Assembly (NCBI GenBank): GCA_902586695.1 | Contig: CACIIL010000001.1 | Span: 100,738-164,737 of the forward strand | DNA from: an uncultured Alphaproteobacteria bacterium | Lineage (GTDB): Bacteria > Pseudomonadota > Alphaproteobacteria > HIMB59 > GCA-002718135 | DNA length: 64,000 nucleotides | Direction of reading: 5' to 3' | Notes under the pieces: model-generated | The model's database searches: none | What the model was told of the DNA's origin: nothing | The model's input: the letters and a program-made list of their open reading frames with translations, nothing else | Translations under genes and position numbers: made by a program | Shown here: positions 1 to 11,592 of the stretch, piece by piece | How the letters are laid out: every line of letters begins with the position of its first letter | Position numbering within the stretch: the stretch's first letter is position 1

Positions 1-99
1 TTTCTTTATCAACTTTTTTATTTTTTAAAGAATTAATTATATTTGATGATAGAAAATTAGATGTTTTTTGTAATTTATTTTTAAATTTTGCGAAAAGAC

Positions 100-1359
100 T
101 CATATTTTTTTTGCCACTAACATATCATTTTTAATTCCTATATATACGCAAGGGATAATACTGCCTTCTTTTATATTTTCATTAAATATAGCTTTAAAAA
201 AATTTTTATCTTTACCTATTGATTTTTTATTTTCATTTTTTTCAACTAAAATTGAGTCTTTTTTTCCTACCTTTTTTAAAAGATGTTCTTTAAACTTTTT
301 TAATCCTTTTTCTCTCAAAATTCTTGCTCTATTTTTTATTATAGATTTATCAATTTGTGGCATACGAGCAGCTGGAGTATCCTGTCTAGCAGAATAAGGA
401 AATACATGTAAATGTGTTAAATGACATTTATCAACTAAATCTAATGTGTCGTTGAACATTTCATCTGTTTCTGTTGGAAAACCAGCTATAATATCTGCTC
501 CAAAAGTAGCATCCTTTCTTTTTGATAAAACTTTATTGCAAAAATCTATTACCATTTCTCTTGAGTGCCGCCTTTTCATTCTTTTCAAAATAATATTATT
601 ACCTGCCTGTAAACTTATATGGAAATGAGGCATTAATTTTTTTTCAGATAATAAATTTAAAAATTCTTCGTCAATTTCTGCACAATCAATAGAAGATAAT
701 CTTAGTTGTTCTAATTCAGGTACTAGTTTTAAAATTCTTTTTATTAAATTTGAAAATGTTGGCTGGGCTGGTAAATCTTTTCCATAATCTGTTATATCCA
801 CACCTGTTAAAACAATTTCTTTATAACCTCTCTTAACAATTTTTTTAATTTTATTTATTATTTCTCCTGCTGGGACACTTCTATTGTTTCCTCTTCCATA
901 TGGAATAATACAAAAAGTACAACGGTGATCGCAACCCTGTTGAATTTCAATGTATGCTCTAGACTTACCTTCAAATTTTTCAATCGTGGAATACACAGTT
1001 TCTTTTTCAGCTAAAATATCATTAACCTGAATTGTTTCTAAAAAATTTAAATCTTTCCAAATTTCTGATAATAATTTTTCTTTGTTACCTAATACTAAAT
1101 CAACTTCTTCAAAATCACTATATTTCTCAGGATTTATTTGAGCAGCACAACCAGTAACAATAATTTTATTTTCAGGATTATTTCTTTTTGCTCTTCTAAT
1201 TTCATATGCAACTTTTTTTTCTGCTTCTGCAGTTACTGCACATGAATTTATTACAGTAAGATTTTGTAAATTGTTATTATTAAGATGATTTTTAATAATT
1301 TCTCCCTCATAGATATTTAATCTACAACCAAGGTTTATAAGATTATTTTTTTTATTCAT
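100..1359 (-). CDS. mtaB: tRNA t6A37 methylthiotransferase MtaB (MiaB-like radical SAM)
   Basis: LGCRLN, NSCAVT, TGCAAQ and CDHRCTFC radical-SAM motif; adjacent to dapF as in alphaproteobacteria; ATG at 1359 chosen over TTG at 1365. Confidence 0.9.
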   Translation of the reverse strand: MNKKNNLINLGCRLNIYEGEIIKNHLNNNNLQNLTVINSCAVTAEAEKKVAYEIRRAKRNNPENKIIVTGCAAQINPEKYSDFEEVDLVLGNKEKLLSEIWKDLNFLETIQVNDILAEKETVYSTIEKFEGKSRAYIEIQQGCDHRCTFCIIPYGRGNNRSVPAGEIINKIKKIVKRGYKEIVLTGVDITDYGKDLPAQPTFSNLIKRILKLVPELEQLRLSSIDCAEIDEEFLNLLSEKKLMPHFHISLQAGNNIILKRMKRRHSREMVIDFCNKVLSKRKDATFGADIIAGFPTETDEMFNDTLDLVDKCHLTHLHVFPYSARQDTPAARMPQIDKSIIKNRARILREKGLKKFKEHLLKKVGKKDSILVEKNENKKSIGKDKNFFKAIFNENIKEGSIIPCVYIGIKNDMLVAKKI

Positions 1360-1361
1360 TA

Positions 1362-2180
1362 TCAAAGTAGAATAAAGCCATTATAACTTATTTCTGCAGG
1401 ACCAGTCATAATAGCCTCTTCATCAATTATATTTATGTATAATGAACCTTTTTCTAGCTGAACTTCAACATTATTTTCAATTAAGTTTTTTTTCCACCCT
1501 GCATAAACAGCAGCACATGCTCCACTGCCACATGCCAATGTTATTCCGACCCCTCTTTCCCATACTTTCATTTTGATTTTTTTTGAATTTATTATTTCTA
1601 TGAATTCAACATTAGTTTTATTGGGAAAAAATTCATGTTGTTCAATTTTTGGTCCTAATTTATTTAGATTTATATCCGATATAGAATTACCAAAAAATAC
1701 TACATGAGGATTACCAACATTTACTGCAATACCTTTACTAAAGCCATCAATTTGTATTGGAATGTTTAGTGAATCCATTTCGTGAACTAATGGAATTGCT
1801 TTCCAATCAGTTGTAATTTTACCCATATTAATACTTATATTTTTTTGATTTTTTTGAGCAATTAAAACTCCAGCATCCGATAAGATTTTTAATTTTTCTT
1901 TTTCATTATTTTCATCAAAAAGAATTTTGGCAACACATCTAGTTCCATTTCCACAAGCTTCAGCCCTATCTCCACCAGGATTAAAAATATCTATACTTGC
2001 ATCTAAATTTTTATCACTGCTATTGTTAATTGTTATTAACTGATCACACCCAGCTCCAGATCTTCGATCACTTAATTTTTGAATAAGATTTTCATTAATT
2101 TCAATATTATTTAATCTTTTATCAATAATTACAAAATCATTTCCCAAACCATGCATTTTAATAAATTCAATTTTTTGCAT
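1362..2180 (-). CDS. dapF: diaminopimelate epimerase
   Basis: KMHGLGNDF, EACGNGTRC, GNPH, ERGVGITLACGSGACA. Confidence 0.96.
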   Translation of the reverse strand: MQKIEFIKMHGLGNDFVIIDKRLNNIEINENLIQKLSDRRSGAGCDQLITINNSSDKNLDASIDIFNPGGDRAEACGNGTRCVAKILFDENNEKEKLKILSDAGVLIAQKNQKNISINMGKITTDWKAIPLVHEMDSLNIPIQIDGFSKGIAVNVGNPHVVFFGNSISDINLNKLGPKIEQHEFFPNKTNVEFIEIINSKKIKMKVWERGVGITLACGSGACAAVYAGWKKNLIENNVEVQLEKGSLYINIIDEEAIMTGPAEISYNGFILL

Positions 2181-2325
2181 ATTGTTTCTATACCTTATTT
2201 TCCCCTGAATCCTTGGAATATTTTCAAATATTAAGAAAACTTGACTTTATTTATATCTATAAATAGAGGGTTTCTTATAAATCCTAAATTGTAGAGTTAA
2301 TAAGCTTGTTACAATTGTGATAGGT

Positions 2326-2356
2326 ACACTAGCCCACGAGTTTCGTGCCCTGGTGT
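2326..2356 (+). promoter_or_regulatory. structured ffh 5' leader (ffh motif-like hairpin)
   Basis: ACACTAG(2326-32)/CTGGTGT(2350-56) enclosing CACGA/TCGTG; GC-richer than flanks; just upstream of GGAG RBS (2369-72). Confidence 0.65.
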
Positions 2357-2376
2357 TAATTAGCTATTGGAGAAAA

Positions 2377-3741
2377 ATGTTTGATACACTTAGTGATAAG
2401 TTTGAAAAAATAGTTCGTGGAATAAGAGGTAAGGCAATAATTTCAGAGTCTGATTTAGATTCAACTCTAAGAGAAATTCGCATAGCTCTTTTAGAAGCAG
2501 ATGTAGCTTTGATAGTTGTTAAAGATTTTATTAATTCTGTAAAAGAAAAAATATTAGGCACTGAAGTATTAAAATCAATAAAGCCAGATCAGATGATAAT
2601 TAAACTTGTCCAAGATGAGATAATTAATATCCTTGGTTCTGAAAACCAACCATTAAATATTGTAAAATCAAAAATTACAAAGATTTTATTTTGTGGCCTT
2701 CAGGGTTCTGGGAAAACAACATCTGTTGCAAAACTTGCAAATTACATTGGGGGCTCATCTAAGAAAAAGATTTTATTGTCTTCATCAGATATATATAGGC
2801 CAGCAGCACAAGAACAACTTAAAATACTTGCAGAGCAAGTAAATGTAAATTTTTTTACTCATAATTTAAATTCTGTAAAACAAATTGTTAGTGAAACACT
2901 TGAATATGCTGAAAAAAATTTATTTGATGTTGTTATTCTAGATACTGCTGGAAGACAGGTTGTTGATGAGGATTTAATGAAAGAATTAATTGAGATTGAA
3001 AAAAATCTAGAACCCCAAGAAACGTTATTAGTTGCAGATGCTTTAACAGGGCAAGATGCTGCTAATATAGCCAAAAGTTTTAGTGAAGCAGTTAACATAA
3101 CAGGTTCCATATTAACACGTATAGATGGTGATGTAAGAGGTGGAGCCGCATTGTCTATTAAGTCAATTACTAACTCACCTATAAAATTTATTGGTGTTGG
3201 AGAAAAATTTGATGATTTTGAACCCTTTCATCCAGAGAGAATAGCTAAGAGAATATTAGGTATGGGAGATATTGTAAGTCTAGTGGAAAAGGCAGCTGAA
3301 AATATTGATCAAGATGAAGTTGAAACTTTAGCTAAAAAAATATCTAAAGGTAAATTTGATTTAGATGATTTTGCAAAACAATTACAACAAATGGGAAAAA
3401 TGGGGGGAGTTTCAGGTATTCTTTCTATGCTACCAGGCGTATCTAAAGCTCAAAAATTAATGGCTGAAAATAAAATTTCTGACAAATTAATAAATCATCA
3501 GATAGCTATCATTAATTCTATGACTAAAAAAGAAAGGGCTGAGCCCAACCTCATAAAAGCTTCTAGAAAGATTAGAATATCTAAAGGTTCTGGGACTAGA
3601 GTTCAAGACGTCAACAAACTTTTAAAACAGTTTCTTCAATCACAAAAAATGATGAAGAGAATGAAATCGATGGGCAAGGGTGGAATGCCTAATGATTTAA
3701 TGCAAAAATTGCAAGGTAATATTCCACCTAAATATAACTAA
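2377..3741 (+). CDS. ffh: signal recognition particle protein Ffh
   Basis: [14 protein letters not shown], Met-rich M domain; ATG 2377 preceded by GGAG (track GTG start at 2317 lies in the leader). Confidence 0.97.
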   Translation: MFDTLSDKFEKIVRGIRGKAIISESDLDSTLREIRIALLEADVALIVVKDFINSVKEKILGTEVLKSIKPDQMIIKLVQDEIINILGSENQPLNIVKSKITKILFCGLQGSGKTTSVAKLANYIGGSSKKKILLSSSDIYRPAAQEQLKILAEQVNVNFFTHNLNSVKQIVSETLEYAEKNLFDVVILDTAGRQVVDEDLMKELIEIEKNLEPQETLLVADALTGQDAANIAKSFSEAVNITGSILTRIDGDVRGGAALSIKSITNSPIKFIGVGEKFDDFEPFHPERIAKRILGMGDIVSLVEKAAENIDQDEVETLAKKISKGKFDLDDFAKQLQQMGKMGGVSGILSMLPGVSKAQKLMAENKISDKLINHQIAIINSMTKKERAEPNLIKASRKIRISKGSGTRVQDVNKLLKQFLQSQKMMKRMKSMGKGGMPNDLMQKLQGNIPPKYN

Positions 3742-3758
3742 TTAAGAAAGGAAAAATT

Positions 3759-4208
3759 ATGCCAGTAAGAATAAGATTATCTAGAGGTGGAGCAAAGAAA
3801 AGACCTTTTTATAGAATTGTTGTGGCTGACTCAAGACGAGCAAGAGATGGAAGATTTCTTGATCAAGTAGGTACTTACAATCCTATGCTTCCAAAAGATA
3901 GTCCAGATAGAGTAAAGATTGATCTTGAAAAAACAAAAGATTGGATGTTAAAGGGTGCGCAACCTTCAGATAGAGTAACATTATTCTTGAGTAATTTAGG
4001 GGTTGTTGAAAAACCAATTATTACTGAAAAAACAAAAAAACATTTGCCTAAGAAAAAAGCTAAAGAAGAAGCTAAAGAAGAAGCTCCAGCTAAAGCAGAA
4101 GCTCCAACTAAAGAAGAAGCTCCAGCTAAAGAAGAAGCTCCAGCTAAAGAAGAAGCTAAAGAAGAAGCTCCAGCAAAGAAAAAAGCTGCAGAAAATAAAA
4201 CTAAGTAG
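3759..4208 (+). CDS. rpsP: 30S ribosomal protein S16 with KEEAPA-repeat tail
   Basis: [23 protein letters not shown]. Confidence 0.97.
   Translation: MPVRIRLSRGGAKKRPFYRIVVADSRRARDGRFLDQVGTYNPMLPKDSPDRVKIDLEKTKDWMLKGAQPSDRVTLFLSNLGVVEKPIITEKTKKHLPKKKAKEEAKEEAPAKAEAPTKEEAPAKEEAPAKEEAKEEAPAKKKAAENKTK
4059..4184 (+). repeat. in-frame 12/18-bp tandem repeat (gctaaagaagaa / gctccagctaaagaagaa) in rpsP tail
   Basis: about 8 imperfect units read directly; encode [10 protein letters not shown]. Confidence 0.9.
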
Positions 4209-4211
4209 CAA

Positions 4212-4724
4212 TTGAACAAACTAAATTTTATTCATGTTGCTACTTTTGGGCCTGCGATTGGTTTAAAGGGAGAAATTAAATTAAATTTATTAACATCAAG
4301 TATTGATGCTTTTAAATCAATTGATCATTATTACAATTTTGATAGTTCCATTGAATGGAAGTTTAATTCAATTGTATTAAGAAAAGATAAATGTATTGGT
4401 CATCCATCACATTGTAAATCTCGTAATGATGCTGAGGCACTAAGAAATCAAAAAATATTTTCATCAAAAGATTTTTTTTCTTCCACTAAAATTAATGAAT
4501 ACTATGTTGTTGATTTAATAGATTGTGAAATTAAACATAAAAATGGAGCCTTAATAGGTAAAGTAATTAATTTAGATAATTTTGGGGCAGGAGATTTATT
4601 GGAGACAGTTTATAAAGGTAAAAAAATTTATATACCAATGAATGAAGATAATGTTTTATCTATAGATATTGAAAAAAAAATCATTATCATAAATCCAATA
4701 CAGGGAATTTTAGAATATGATTAA
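4212..4724 (+). CDS. rimM: ribosome maturation factor RimM
   Basis: GLKGEIK, EYYVVDLIDC, NFGAGDLLE; lies between rpsP and trmD; TTG start. Confidence 0.9.
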   Translation: MNKLNFIHVATFGPAIGLKGEIKLNLLTSSIDAFKSIDHYYNFDSSIEWKFNSIVLRKDKCIGHPSHCKSRNDAEALRNQKIFSSKDFFSSTKINEYYVVDLIDCEIKHKNGALIGKVINLDNFGAGDLLETVYKGKKIYIPMNEDNVLSIDIEKKIIIINPIQGILEYD

Positions 4725-5433
4725 ATTTAAAATATTAACAGCATATCCTGAAATGTTTCCAGGTAGTTTAAATCACTCTTTGATTGGGAAAGCTCTGAAA
4801 GAAAATATTTTCAAAATTGATACAATAAATTTGCATGATTTTGGTATTGATAATCGAAAGAGTATTGATGACGAGCCATTTGGCGGTGGACCAGGTATGA
4901 TCTTAAGGCCTGATGTAGTCGAAAAAGCACTCTTATCGATTACAAATAAAAATCATTTAAATACAACAAAAATATACCTTACACCTTCAGGAACTTTATT
5001 AAATCAGAGAAAACTAGGAATATTATCAAAATTAGATGAAATTATCATTCTTTGTGGACGCTTTGAAGGAATTGATCAAAGAGCAATTGATATACTAGGT
5101 TTTGAGGAAGTTAGTATTGGAGACTATGTTTTAGCTGGTGGAGAGATTGCGGCTCAAGTGTTACTTGAAGGTTGTATTCGTCTCATTCCTGGAGTATTAG
5201 GGCATCCGGAAAGTCTGTTGGAAGAAAGTTTTTCCAATAATCTTCTTGAGTATCCTCATTATACTAGACCACAGGTCTGGGAAGATTCTCAAGGAAATAA
5301 ACATGATGTTCCAGAAGTATTGATATCAGGGCATCATGATAATATAAAAAAATGGAGAAAGAACAAATCGGTTGAAAAAACAAAAAAGGTAAGAACAGAT
5401 TTGTTAATTAAAAGAGAACAAAAGCAGGATTAA
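4717..5433 (+). CDS. trmD: tRNA (guanine-N1)-methyltransferase
   Basis: [41 protein letters not shown]. Confidence 0.97.
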   Translation: MIKFKILTAYPEMFPGSLNHSLIGKALKENIFKIDTINLHDFGIDNRKSIDDEPFGGGPGMILRPDVVEKALLSITNKNHLNTTKIYLTPSGTLLNQRKLGILSKLDEIIILCGRFEGIDQRAIDILGFEEVSIGDYVLAGGEIAAQVLLEGCIRLIPGVLGHPESLLEESFSNNLLEYPHYTRPQVWEDSQGNKHDVPEVLISGHHDNIKKWRKNKSVEKTKKVRTDLLIKREQKQD

Positions 5434-5435
5434 GT

Positions 5436-6026
5436 ATGAGTAATTTATTAGAAACTTTTGAAAAAAAACAAATAGAAAGATTGACTGGGAAAAAACGTAT
5501 TCCTACTTTTCGACCTGGAGACACTCTTAAAGTAACTATAAGAATTACTGAAGGAGATAAATCAAGACTTCAGGCATTTGAAGGAATGTGTATTGCTAGA
5601 AAAAATAATTCTGTAAATTCTAATTTTACAGTTAGAAAGATATCCCATGGAGAAGGTGTAGAAAGAGTTTTTCCTTTGTTTAGTCCTATAGTTGAAAAAA
5701 TTGAAGTTGTTCGTAAAGGCGATGTTAGAAGAGCTAAGCTTTATTACTTAAGAGATAGAACTGGTAAAAGCGCTCGTATTGCTGATCGTGATAGAGGAGA
5801 TGAATTAGACCAATATGCAATGGTAGAGGAAATTGTTTCAGAAGAAGTTGAATCAAATAAAAATGAAGCTTCTTCAGAGATAGGAAAAGAAACAAATAAA
5901 GAAGGAAAGACTGCAGCCACTGAAGAACTACCTAAAGTAGATTCTTCTGTAGAAAAAAAAGTAGAAGAACAAAAAAAAGAAAAACCTGCAAAAGAAGTTG
6001 AACAAAAAACGGATGAGCAATCCTAG
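5436..6026 (+). CDS. rplS: 50S ribosomal protein L19 with acidic C-terminal extension
   Basis: [36 protein letters not shown]. Confidence 0.97.
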   Translation: MSNLLETFEKKQIERLTGKKRIPTFRPGDTLKVTIRITEGDKSRLQAFEGMCIARKNNSVNSNFTVRKISHGEGVERVFPLFSPIVEKIEVVRKGDVRRAKLYYLRDRTGKSARIADRDRGDELDQYAMVEEIVSEEVESNKNEASSEIGKETNKEGKTAATEELPKVDSSVEKKVEEQKKEKPAKEVEQKTDEQS

Positions 6027-7416
6027 TCCTAAAACACTTTTTGATAAAATTTGGTCGTATCATCTTGTACATCAACAAGAAGATGGAACTTGTCTAATTT
6101 ACATTGACCGTCATTTAGTACATGAAGTAACAAGCCCTCAAGCTTTTGAAGGCTTAAGAAACAATAATAGAAAAGTTCGTCGTCCAGAAAGTACTTTTGC
6201 AGTAGCTGATCATAATGTTCCCACTTCTGATAGATCAAAGGGAATTGACAATATAGAGAGTAGGATACAAGTAGAGACACTTGAAAATAACTGTAAAGAA
6301 TTTGGTGTAACGTTATTCCCACTTCTTGATAAGAGACAAGGAATAGTCCATATAGTTGGTCCTGAGCAAGGTATAACACAACCAGGAATGACAATAGTGT
6401 GTGGTGATAGCCATACAGCAACTCACGGTGCTTTTGGAGCATTAGCTTTTGGAATAGGTACAAGTGAAGTAGAACACGTTTTGGCTAGTCAAACCTTAAT
6501 TCAACAACATGCTAAAAATATGAAGATTTCTATAAATGGAAATTTAAATTCTGGCGTTACTGCAAAAGATATAATCCTTCATATAATAGGTGTAATTGGA
6601 ACAGCTGGGGGAACAGGCTATGTTATTGAATATGCTGGTGAAGTAATTCAATCACTTAGCATGGAAGGTCGAATGACTATATGTAATATGAGTATAGAAG
6701 CAGGTGCAAGAGCAGGTTTAATAGCTCCTGATCAAACTACTTTTGATTATATTAAAGGAAGACCTTATGCTCCAAAAGGCGAAGATTGGGATAAAGCTAT
6801 GGAGTTTTGGAAATCATTACCATCAGATGAAAATGCAAAATACGACAAAGAAATAAATATAATTGCTGAAGAAATAACCCCTCAAATAACGTGGGGAACA
6901 AGCCCTCAAGATGTAGCACCTATAAATGGAAAGGTGCCAAACCCAGATAAAATTGAAGATGATAATAGAAAAAAAGCTATTGAACGTTCATTGGAATATA
7001 TGGGTTTAGAACCTGATCAAGAGATTGAAAAAATAAAAATTGATAAGGTGTTTATTGGTTCCTGTACAAATGGAAGGATAGAAGATTTAAGAGAGGTTGC
7101 AAGAGTCGTTAAGGGAAAAAAAGTATCGGTTGATTCGATGATAGTTCCTGGTTCTGGACTTGTAAAAGAGCAAGCAGAAAATGAGGGTTTGGATAAAATT
7201 TTTATAGAAGCTGGTTTTGATTGGAGAGAACCTGGTTGTTCTATGTGTTTAGCGATGAATCCAGATCAATTAAAACCTAAAGAAAGATGTGCTTCAACTT
7301 CAAACAGAAATTTTGAAGGAAGACAAGGCAGAGAAGGTAGAACCCATTTAGTAAGCCCTGTAGTTGCTGCAGCTTCAGCAATTAAAGGCACCTTTGCACA
7401 AGAGAGCGACTTATAA
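6013..7416 (+). CDS. leuC: 3-isopropylmalate dehydratase large subunit
   Basis: [33 protein letters not shown] 6013. Confidence 0.97.
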   Translation: MSNPSPKTLFDKIWSYHLVHQQEDGTCLIYIDRHLVHEVTSPQAFEGLRNNNRKVRRPESTFAVADHNVPTSDRSKGIDNIESRIQVETLENNCKEFGVTLFPLLDKRQGIVHIVGPEQGITQPGMTIVCGDSHTATHGAFGALAFGIGTSEVEHVLASQTLIQQHAKNMKISINGNLNSGVTAKDIILHIIGVIGTAGGTGYVIEYAGEVIQSLSMEGRMTICNMSIEAGARAGLIAPDQTTFDYIKGRPYAPKGEDWDKAMEFWKSLPSDENAKYDKEINIIAEEITPQITWGTSPQDVAPINGKVPNPDKIEDDNRKKAIERSLEYMGLEPDQEIEKIKIDKVFIGSCTNGRIEDLREVARVVKGKKVSVDSMIVPGSGLVKEQAENEGLDKIFIEAGFDWREPGCSMCLAMNPDQLKPKERCASTSNRNFEGRQGREGRTHLVSPVVAAASAIKGTFAQESDL

Positions 7417-8018
7417 TGGAAAAATTTGAAATGTTAAAAGGTATTGCCGCCCCACTTCCTATGATGAATGTTGATACTGATATGATAATACCAAAACAGT
7501 TTTTAAAAACAATTAAGCGATCAGGTTTAGGTAAAAATCTTTTTCATGAACTTCGTTATGATATTCAGGGAAATATAAAAAATGATTTTGTCTTAAACTG
7601 GGACCCTTATAAACAATCATCAATTCTTATTGCTGGAGAAAACTTTGGTTGTGGGTCAAGTAGAGAGCATGCTCCTTGGTCACTTTTAGATTTTGGTTTC
7701 AAGTGTATTATTGCGCCAAGCTTTGCAGATATTTTTTATAACAATTGTTTTAAAAATGGAATTCTGCCAATTCGTCTTAATCAAGAAAAAGTTGATATTT
7801 TAATGGAGCAAGCAACCAATAAAAATAAGTTAACTATAGATCTAGAGGAACAAAAAATTATTTCTGAAGATGGAGATTCAATTGATTTTGCTATTGATGA
7901 ATTTAGAAAAAAATGTTTATTAGAGGGTCTTGATGATATTGGTTTAACTCTTCAAAAAAAAGAAAAAATAACCCAATACGAAACTAAGCTAAAATCATCA
8001 CATCCTTGGATTATTTAA
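7416..8018 (+). CDS. leuD: 3-isopropylmalate dehydratase small subunit
   Basis: [26 protein letters not shown]. Confidence 0.97.
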   Translation: MEKFEMLKGIAAPLPMMNVDTDMIIPKQFLKTIKRSGLGKNLFHELRYDIQGNIKNDFVLNWDPYKQSSILIAGENFGCGSSREHAPWSLLDFGFKCIIAPSFADIFYNNCFKNGILPIRLNQEKVDILMEQATNKNKLTIDLEEQKIISEDGDSIDFAIDEFRKKCLLEGLDDIGLTLQKKEKITQYETKLKSSHPWII

Positions 8019-9131
8019 ATGAGTAATAAAAAAATTCTTGTTTTACCAGGTGACGGTATTGGTAATGAGGTTATGGCAGAAGTACTTAACATCATTGATT
8101 GGTTATCCCGATCCCGATCTATGTCATTTGATATATCTGAGAGATTAGTTGGAGGAACGGCATATGATAAAGAAGGTGACTCTATAAGCGATGCAACTAT
8201 GCAAGAAGCATTAGAATCAGATGCAGTACTATTTGGCGCAGTCGGAGGGCCTAAATGGGATTATGTTGAAAGAGACAAACGTCCTGAAGCAGCTCTTTTA
8301 AGATTAAGGAAAGAATTAGATTTATTTGCTAATTTACGACCAGCTGTTGTTTTAGATGCTCTTTCTGAATCTTCCTCTTTGAAATTAGATTTAGTAAAAG
8401 GATTAGATATTTTAATAGTAAGAGAATTAACAAGTGGTGTATATTTTGGTCAACCAAGAGGAATTTCTAAAATTAGTGATACAGAAAGTAAAGCAATTGA
8501 TACTCAAGTTTATACTACATCAGAGATAGAAAGAGTATCAAGAGTTGCATTTGAATTAGCAAAATTAAGAAAAAACAAAGTTTCATCAGCAGAGAAATCT
8601 AATGTTATGGAAACAGGTTTATTTTGGAGAAATATTGTTACTGAATTACATAGCAAAGAATATTCTTCAGTCGAGCTAGAACATATATTAGCAGATAATT
8701 GTGCAATGCAACTTGTTAGATATCCAAAACAATTTGATGTTATCTTAACAGATAATCTTTTTGGAGATTTACTTAGTGATACTGCCGCTATGTTAACAGG
8801 ATCACTCGGCATGCTTCCTTCTGCATCTCTTGGACCAGTAAAAGCAAATGGTACTAGAGCGGCTATGTACGAACCAGTTCATGGAAGTGCTCCAGATATT
8901 GCTGGTCAATCGAAAGCTAACCCACTTGCAATGATTATGAGTTTTGCAATGATGCTCAAATATAGTTTTGATATGGAAGAAGATAGCAAATTAATTGAAA
9001 AGGCTGTTCAAAATGTTTTGTTAAAAGGTCTAAGAACTGCTGATATTAAGGATGGGGGAGATAAAATAATTTCTACTAAAGAAATGGGTGATGCTGTTAT
9101 AGAAGAGTTGAAAGTTTTATCAGGAAATTAA
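8019..9131 (+). CDS. leuB: 3-isopropylmalate dehydrogenase
   Basis: [29 protein letters not shown]. Confidence 0.97.
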   Translation: MSNKKILVLPGDGIGNEVMAEVLNIIDWLSRSRSMSFDISERLVGGTAYDKEGDSISDATMQEALESDAVLFGAVGGPKWDYVERDKRPEAALLRLRKELDLFANLRPAVVLDALSESSSLKLDLVKGLDILIVRELTSGVYFGQPRGISKISDTESKAIDTQVYTTSEIERVSRVAFELAKLRKNKVSSAEKSNVMETGLFWRNIVTELHSKEYSSVELEHILADNCAMQLVRYPKQFDVILTDNLFGDLLSDTAAMLTGSLGMLPSASLGPVKANGTRAAMYEPVHGSAPDIAGQSKANPLAMIMSFAMMLKYSFDMEEDSKLIEKAVQNVLLKGLRTADIKDGGDKIISTKEMGDAVIEELKVLSGN

Positions 9132-10175
9132 ATGAGTAAAAAATATAATATAGCAGTAGCAGGGGCCACAGGAGCAGTAGGAACAGAAATTGTTCAAATT
9201 TTAGAACAAAGAGATTTTCCAATTGACAATTTATTCTTGTTGGCATCCTCAAAGTCAAAAGGAAAAAAGGTAGAATTTAGAGATAAAGAAATTGTTGTAG
9301 AAGATTTATCAGAGTTTGATTTTGCAAAAGCAGACATAGGCCTATTTTCACCTGGAGGCAAAATATCTGCAGAATATGCCCCTAAAGCAGCTAAAGCAGG
9401 ATGTTTAGTAATAGACAATACGTCACATTTTCGCATGCAACAAAATATTCCCTTAATAGTACCCGAAGTAAACTCAAATGCACTCGATGAATTTTTTGAA
9501 GATGAAAGTAGAGCTAATATAATTTCCAATCCTAATTGTTCAACAATACAAATGGTTGTTGCTTTAAAACCACTTCATGAAAAAGCAATTATAAACAGAG
9601 TTGTTGTGTCCACATATCAAGCAGTATCTGGTGCAGGGAAAACAGGTATGGATGAATTATTTAATCAAACACAGAACGTTTATGCAAACCAAGAATTAAA
9701 AAAAGAAAAGTTCACAAAACAAATTGCATTTAATGCTATTCCCCATATTGGAGCTTTTTTAGAAAATGGTAATACTGAAGAAGAACAAAAAATGATTGAT
9801 GAGACAAAAAAAATTTTAGACGTGGGGATTAATGTTTCAGCAACATGTGTTAGAACATCTGTTTTTATAGGACATTCAGAAGCTATAAACATAGAATTTG
9901 ATTCTCCGATAGATGAAAAAGAAGCTAACGACATTTTGTCTAAATCTGAAGGTATTTCAGTAATTGACCATAGAAAAGATGAAGGTTACATCACTCCAGT
10001 AGAAATAGCAGGAGAAGATAAAGTTTATATCAGTAGAATTAGGAATGACCAATCAATAGATAACGGTTTAAACTTATGGGTTGTATCTGATAATCTGCGA
10101 AAAGGAGCAGCTCTGAATGCTGTTCAAATTGCTGAATTAGTAATTTCTAAATATTCAAATTATATAAAAATTTAA
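9132..10175 (+). CDS. asd: aspartate-semialdehyde dehydrogenase
   Basis: GATGAVG, NPNCSTIQ, DNLRKGAALNAVQIAE. Confidence 0.97.
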   Translation: MSKKYNIAVAGATGAVGTEIVQILEQRDFPIDNLFLLASSKSKGKKVEFRDKEIVVEDLSEFDFAKADIGLFSPGGKISAEYAPKAAKAGCLVIDNTSHFRMQQNIPLIVPEVNSNALDEFFEDESRANIISNPNCSTIQMVVALKPLHEKAIINRVVVSTYQAVSGAGKTGMDELFNQTQNVYANQELKKEKFTKQIAFNAIPHIGAFLENGNTEEEQKMIDETKKILDVGINVSATCVRTSVFIGHSEAINIEFDSPIDEKEANDILSKSEGISVIDHRKDEGYITPVEIAGEDKVYISRIRNDQSIDNGLNLWVVSDNLRKGAALNAVQIAELVISKYSNYIKI

Positions 10176-10207
10176 TTATCCAGTATTAACCTTTTTCCAT
10201 AATTAAA

Positions 10208-10282
10208 TGGCGGTCTCGTAGGGACTCGAACCCCAAATCCATGTTCCGAAGACACGTGTGATATCCATTTCACCACGAGACC
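10208..10282 (-). tRNA. tRNA-Arg(TCG)
   Basis: Reverse complement folds as cloverleaf: acceptor GGTCTCG/CGAGACC, D stem GTGA/TCAC, anticodon arm CGTGT-CTTCGGA-ACATG, TTCGAGT T loop, G73, encoded CCA. Confidence 0.93.
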
Positions 10283-10322
10283 AATTTTTATTATACATTA
10301 TTTTTTTATTTATATCTGCAAA

Positions 10323-10883
10323 CTACCAAGAACTATTAGGCTGTTTTAAGAAAACTTCTTCTTCAGGGGTAGACTTACGTTTTAATATCTTGTTTCTATG
10401 AGGATATCTTCCAAATTTTTTTATTGGTATAGTATGATCATCCCATGCTTTTTTAATTTTATCAAAATGCTCAAACGATTTTAAATAAGTATCAATAAGT
10501 TTATGTGCAAAGACATGATCACTGATATCTTCACTATGAATAAGTGGCATTAAAAGAAAATGGATTTTACTTTGATCCAATTCTTCAATATATCCTCTAT
10601 CAACAGCTTCATTAACAATTAAACGAGTCTTATAATCTTGTTCAAAAGCAGCTGGACTTTCTCTAAAAAGATTTCTAGAAAATTGATCTAAGAGAATTAT
10701 TAGAGCAACACATTCCTCCGCAGTATCTTGCCATTCATCATATTCATTATTAATTGCCTTTTTTAGGTCTGCTAGAAATAATTTTTTAATTTTTTTATCA
10801 TATTTATCATCTTTTTTAAACCAATCCTCCATACTAGATTGAATAAACCAGAAATCTAAAATTGTTTTTGCCCTTTCATTCAT
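10323..10883 (-). CDS. DUF924 family protein
   Basis: ILDFWF..WFKKD, IILLDQFSRNLFR, MPLIHSE, FGRYPHRN; ATG 10883 avoids overlap with the divergent gene. Confidence 0.88.
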   Translation of the reverse strand: MNERAKTILDFWFIQSSMEDWFKKDDKYDKKIKKLFLADLKKAINNEYDEWQDTAEECVALIILLDQFSRNLFRESPAAFEQDYKTRLIVNEAVDRGYIEELDQSKIHFLLMPLIHSEDISDHVFAHKLIDTYLKSFEHFDKIKKAWDDHTIPIKKFGRYPHRNKILKRKSTPEEEVFLKQPNSSW

Positions 10884-10914
10884 ATGAGAGCTATAATATA
10901 GAAGATCAACTTTC

Positions 10915-11592
10915 ATGACATTAATTAATTTAAACAATAATATCACCAAGTGCCGTCAGTGTTCGCGCTTGGTAAACTTTAGAGAAAAAATTGCTATTGA
11001 AAAAAGACGACAATATATTGATCAAACTTATTGGGGAAAACCAATAACAGGATATGGTGATATTAGTTCTCAATTACTTATGATTGGACTTGCTCCAGCA
11101 GCACATGGAGGAAACAGAACAGGAAGGGTTTTTACAGGAGATAAGTCTGCTGATTTTCTATTTAAGTGTCTTTACAAAGCAGGGTTTTCAAATCAAAGTA
11201 TTTCAATATCTAGAGATGATGGATTGAAACTAAAAAACCTTTATTTAACTACAGCTTTAAAATGTGTTCCACCAGAAGATAAACCTAAGCCTGATGAATT
11301 AAAAACCTGTTTTAAGTTTTTTAAAGAAGAAATTAATCATTTAAAAAAAATAAATACAATTGTTGCTTTAGGAAAAATTGCATTTGACGCATGTCTAAAT
11401 TTTTATATGCAAGATTATGACCTTAAGAGAAAAGATTTTATATTTCAGCATGGAACTGAATATCTTCTTCCTGATAAAAAAATTCTAATTGGTTCCTACC
11501 ATCCTAGTCCTAGGAATGTGAATACTGGTAGAATAGATGAAAATAAAATGTTGAGATTATTAAAAAAAGTTAAAAAAGTTATGGATCGATAA
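10915..11592 (+). CDS. uracil-DNA glycosylase, family 5 (UdgB-like, Fe-S)
   Basis: CxxC, YWGKP, GLAPAAHGGNRTGRVFTGD, KCVPP, YHPSPRNVNTGR. Confidence 0.9.
   Translation: MTLINLNNNITKCRQCSRLVNFREKIAIEKRRQYIDQTYWGKPITGYGDISSQLLMIGLAPAAHGGNRTGRVFTGDKSADFLFKCLYKAGFSNQSISISRDDGLKLKNLYLTTALKCVPPEDKPKPDELKTCFKFFKEEINHLKKINTIVALGKIAFDACLNFYMQDYDLKRKDFIFQHGTEYLLPDKKILIGSYHPSPRNVNTGRIDENKMLRLLKKVKKVMDR

Noticed and set aside
4059..4184. Tandem repeat as a possible CRISPR array
   Set aside because: No spacers, units are multiples of 3 inside a CDS, and there are no cas genes.
3875..4219. Three alternative-frame or antisense ORFs (3875-4219, 3996-4211, 4003-4215)
   Set aside because: Shadows of the stop-free tandem repeat in the rpsP tail.
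10176..10322. tRNA 3' ends as integration sites (also tRNA-Leu at 61563)
   Set aside because: I saw no duplicated tRNA 3' fragment and no integrase; flanking genes are core.
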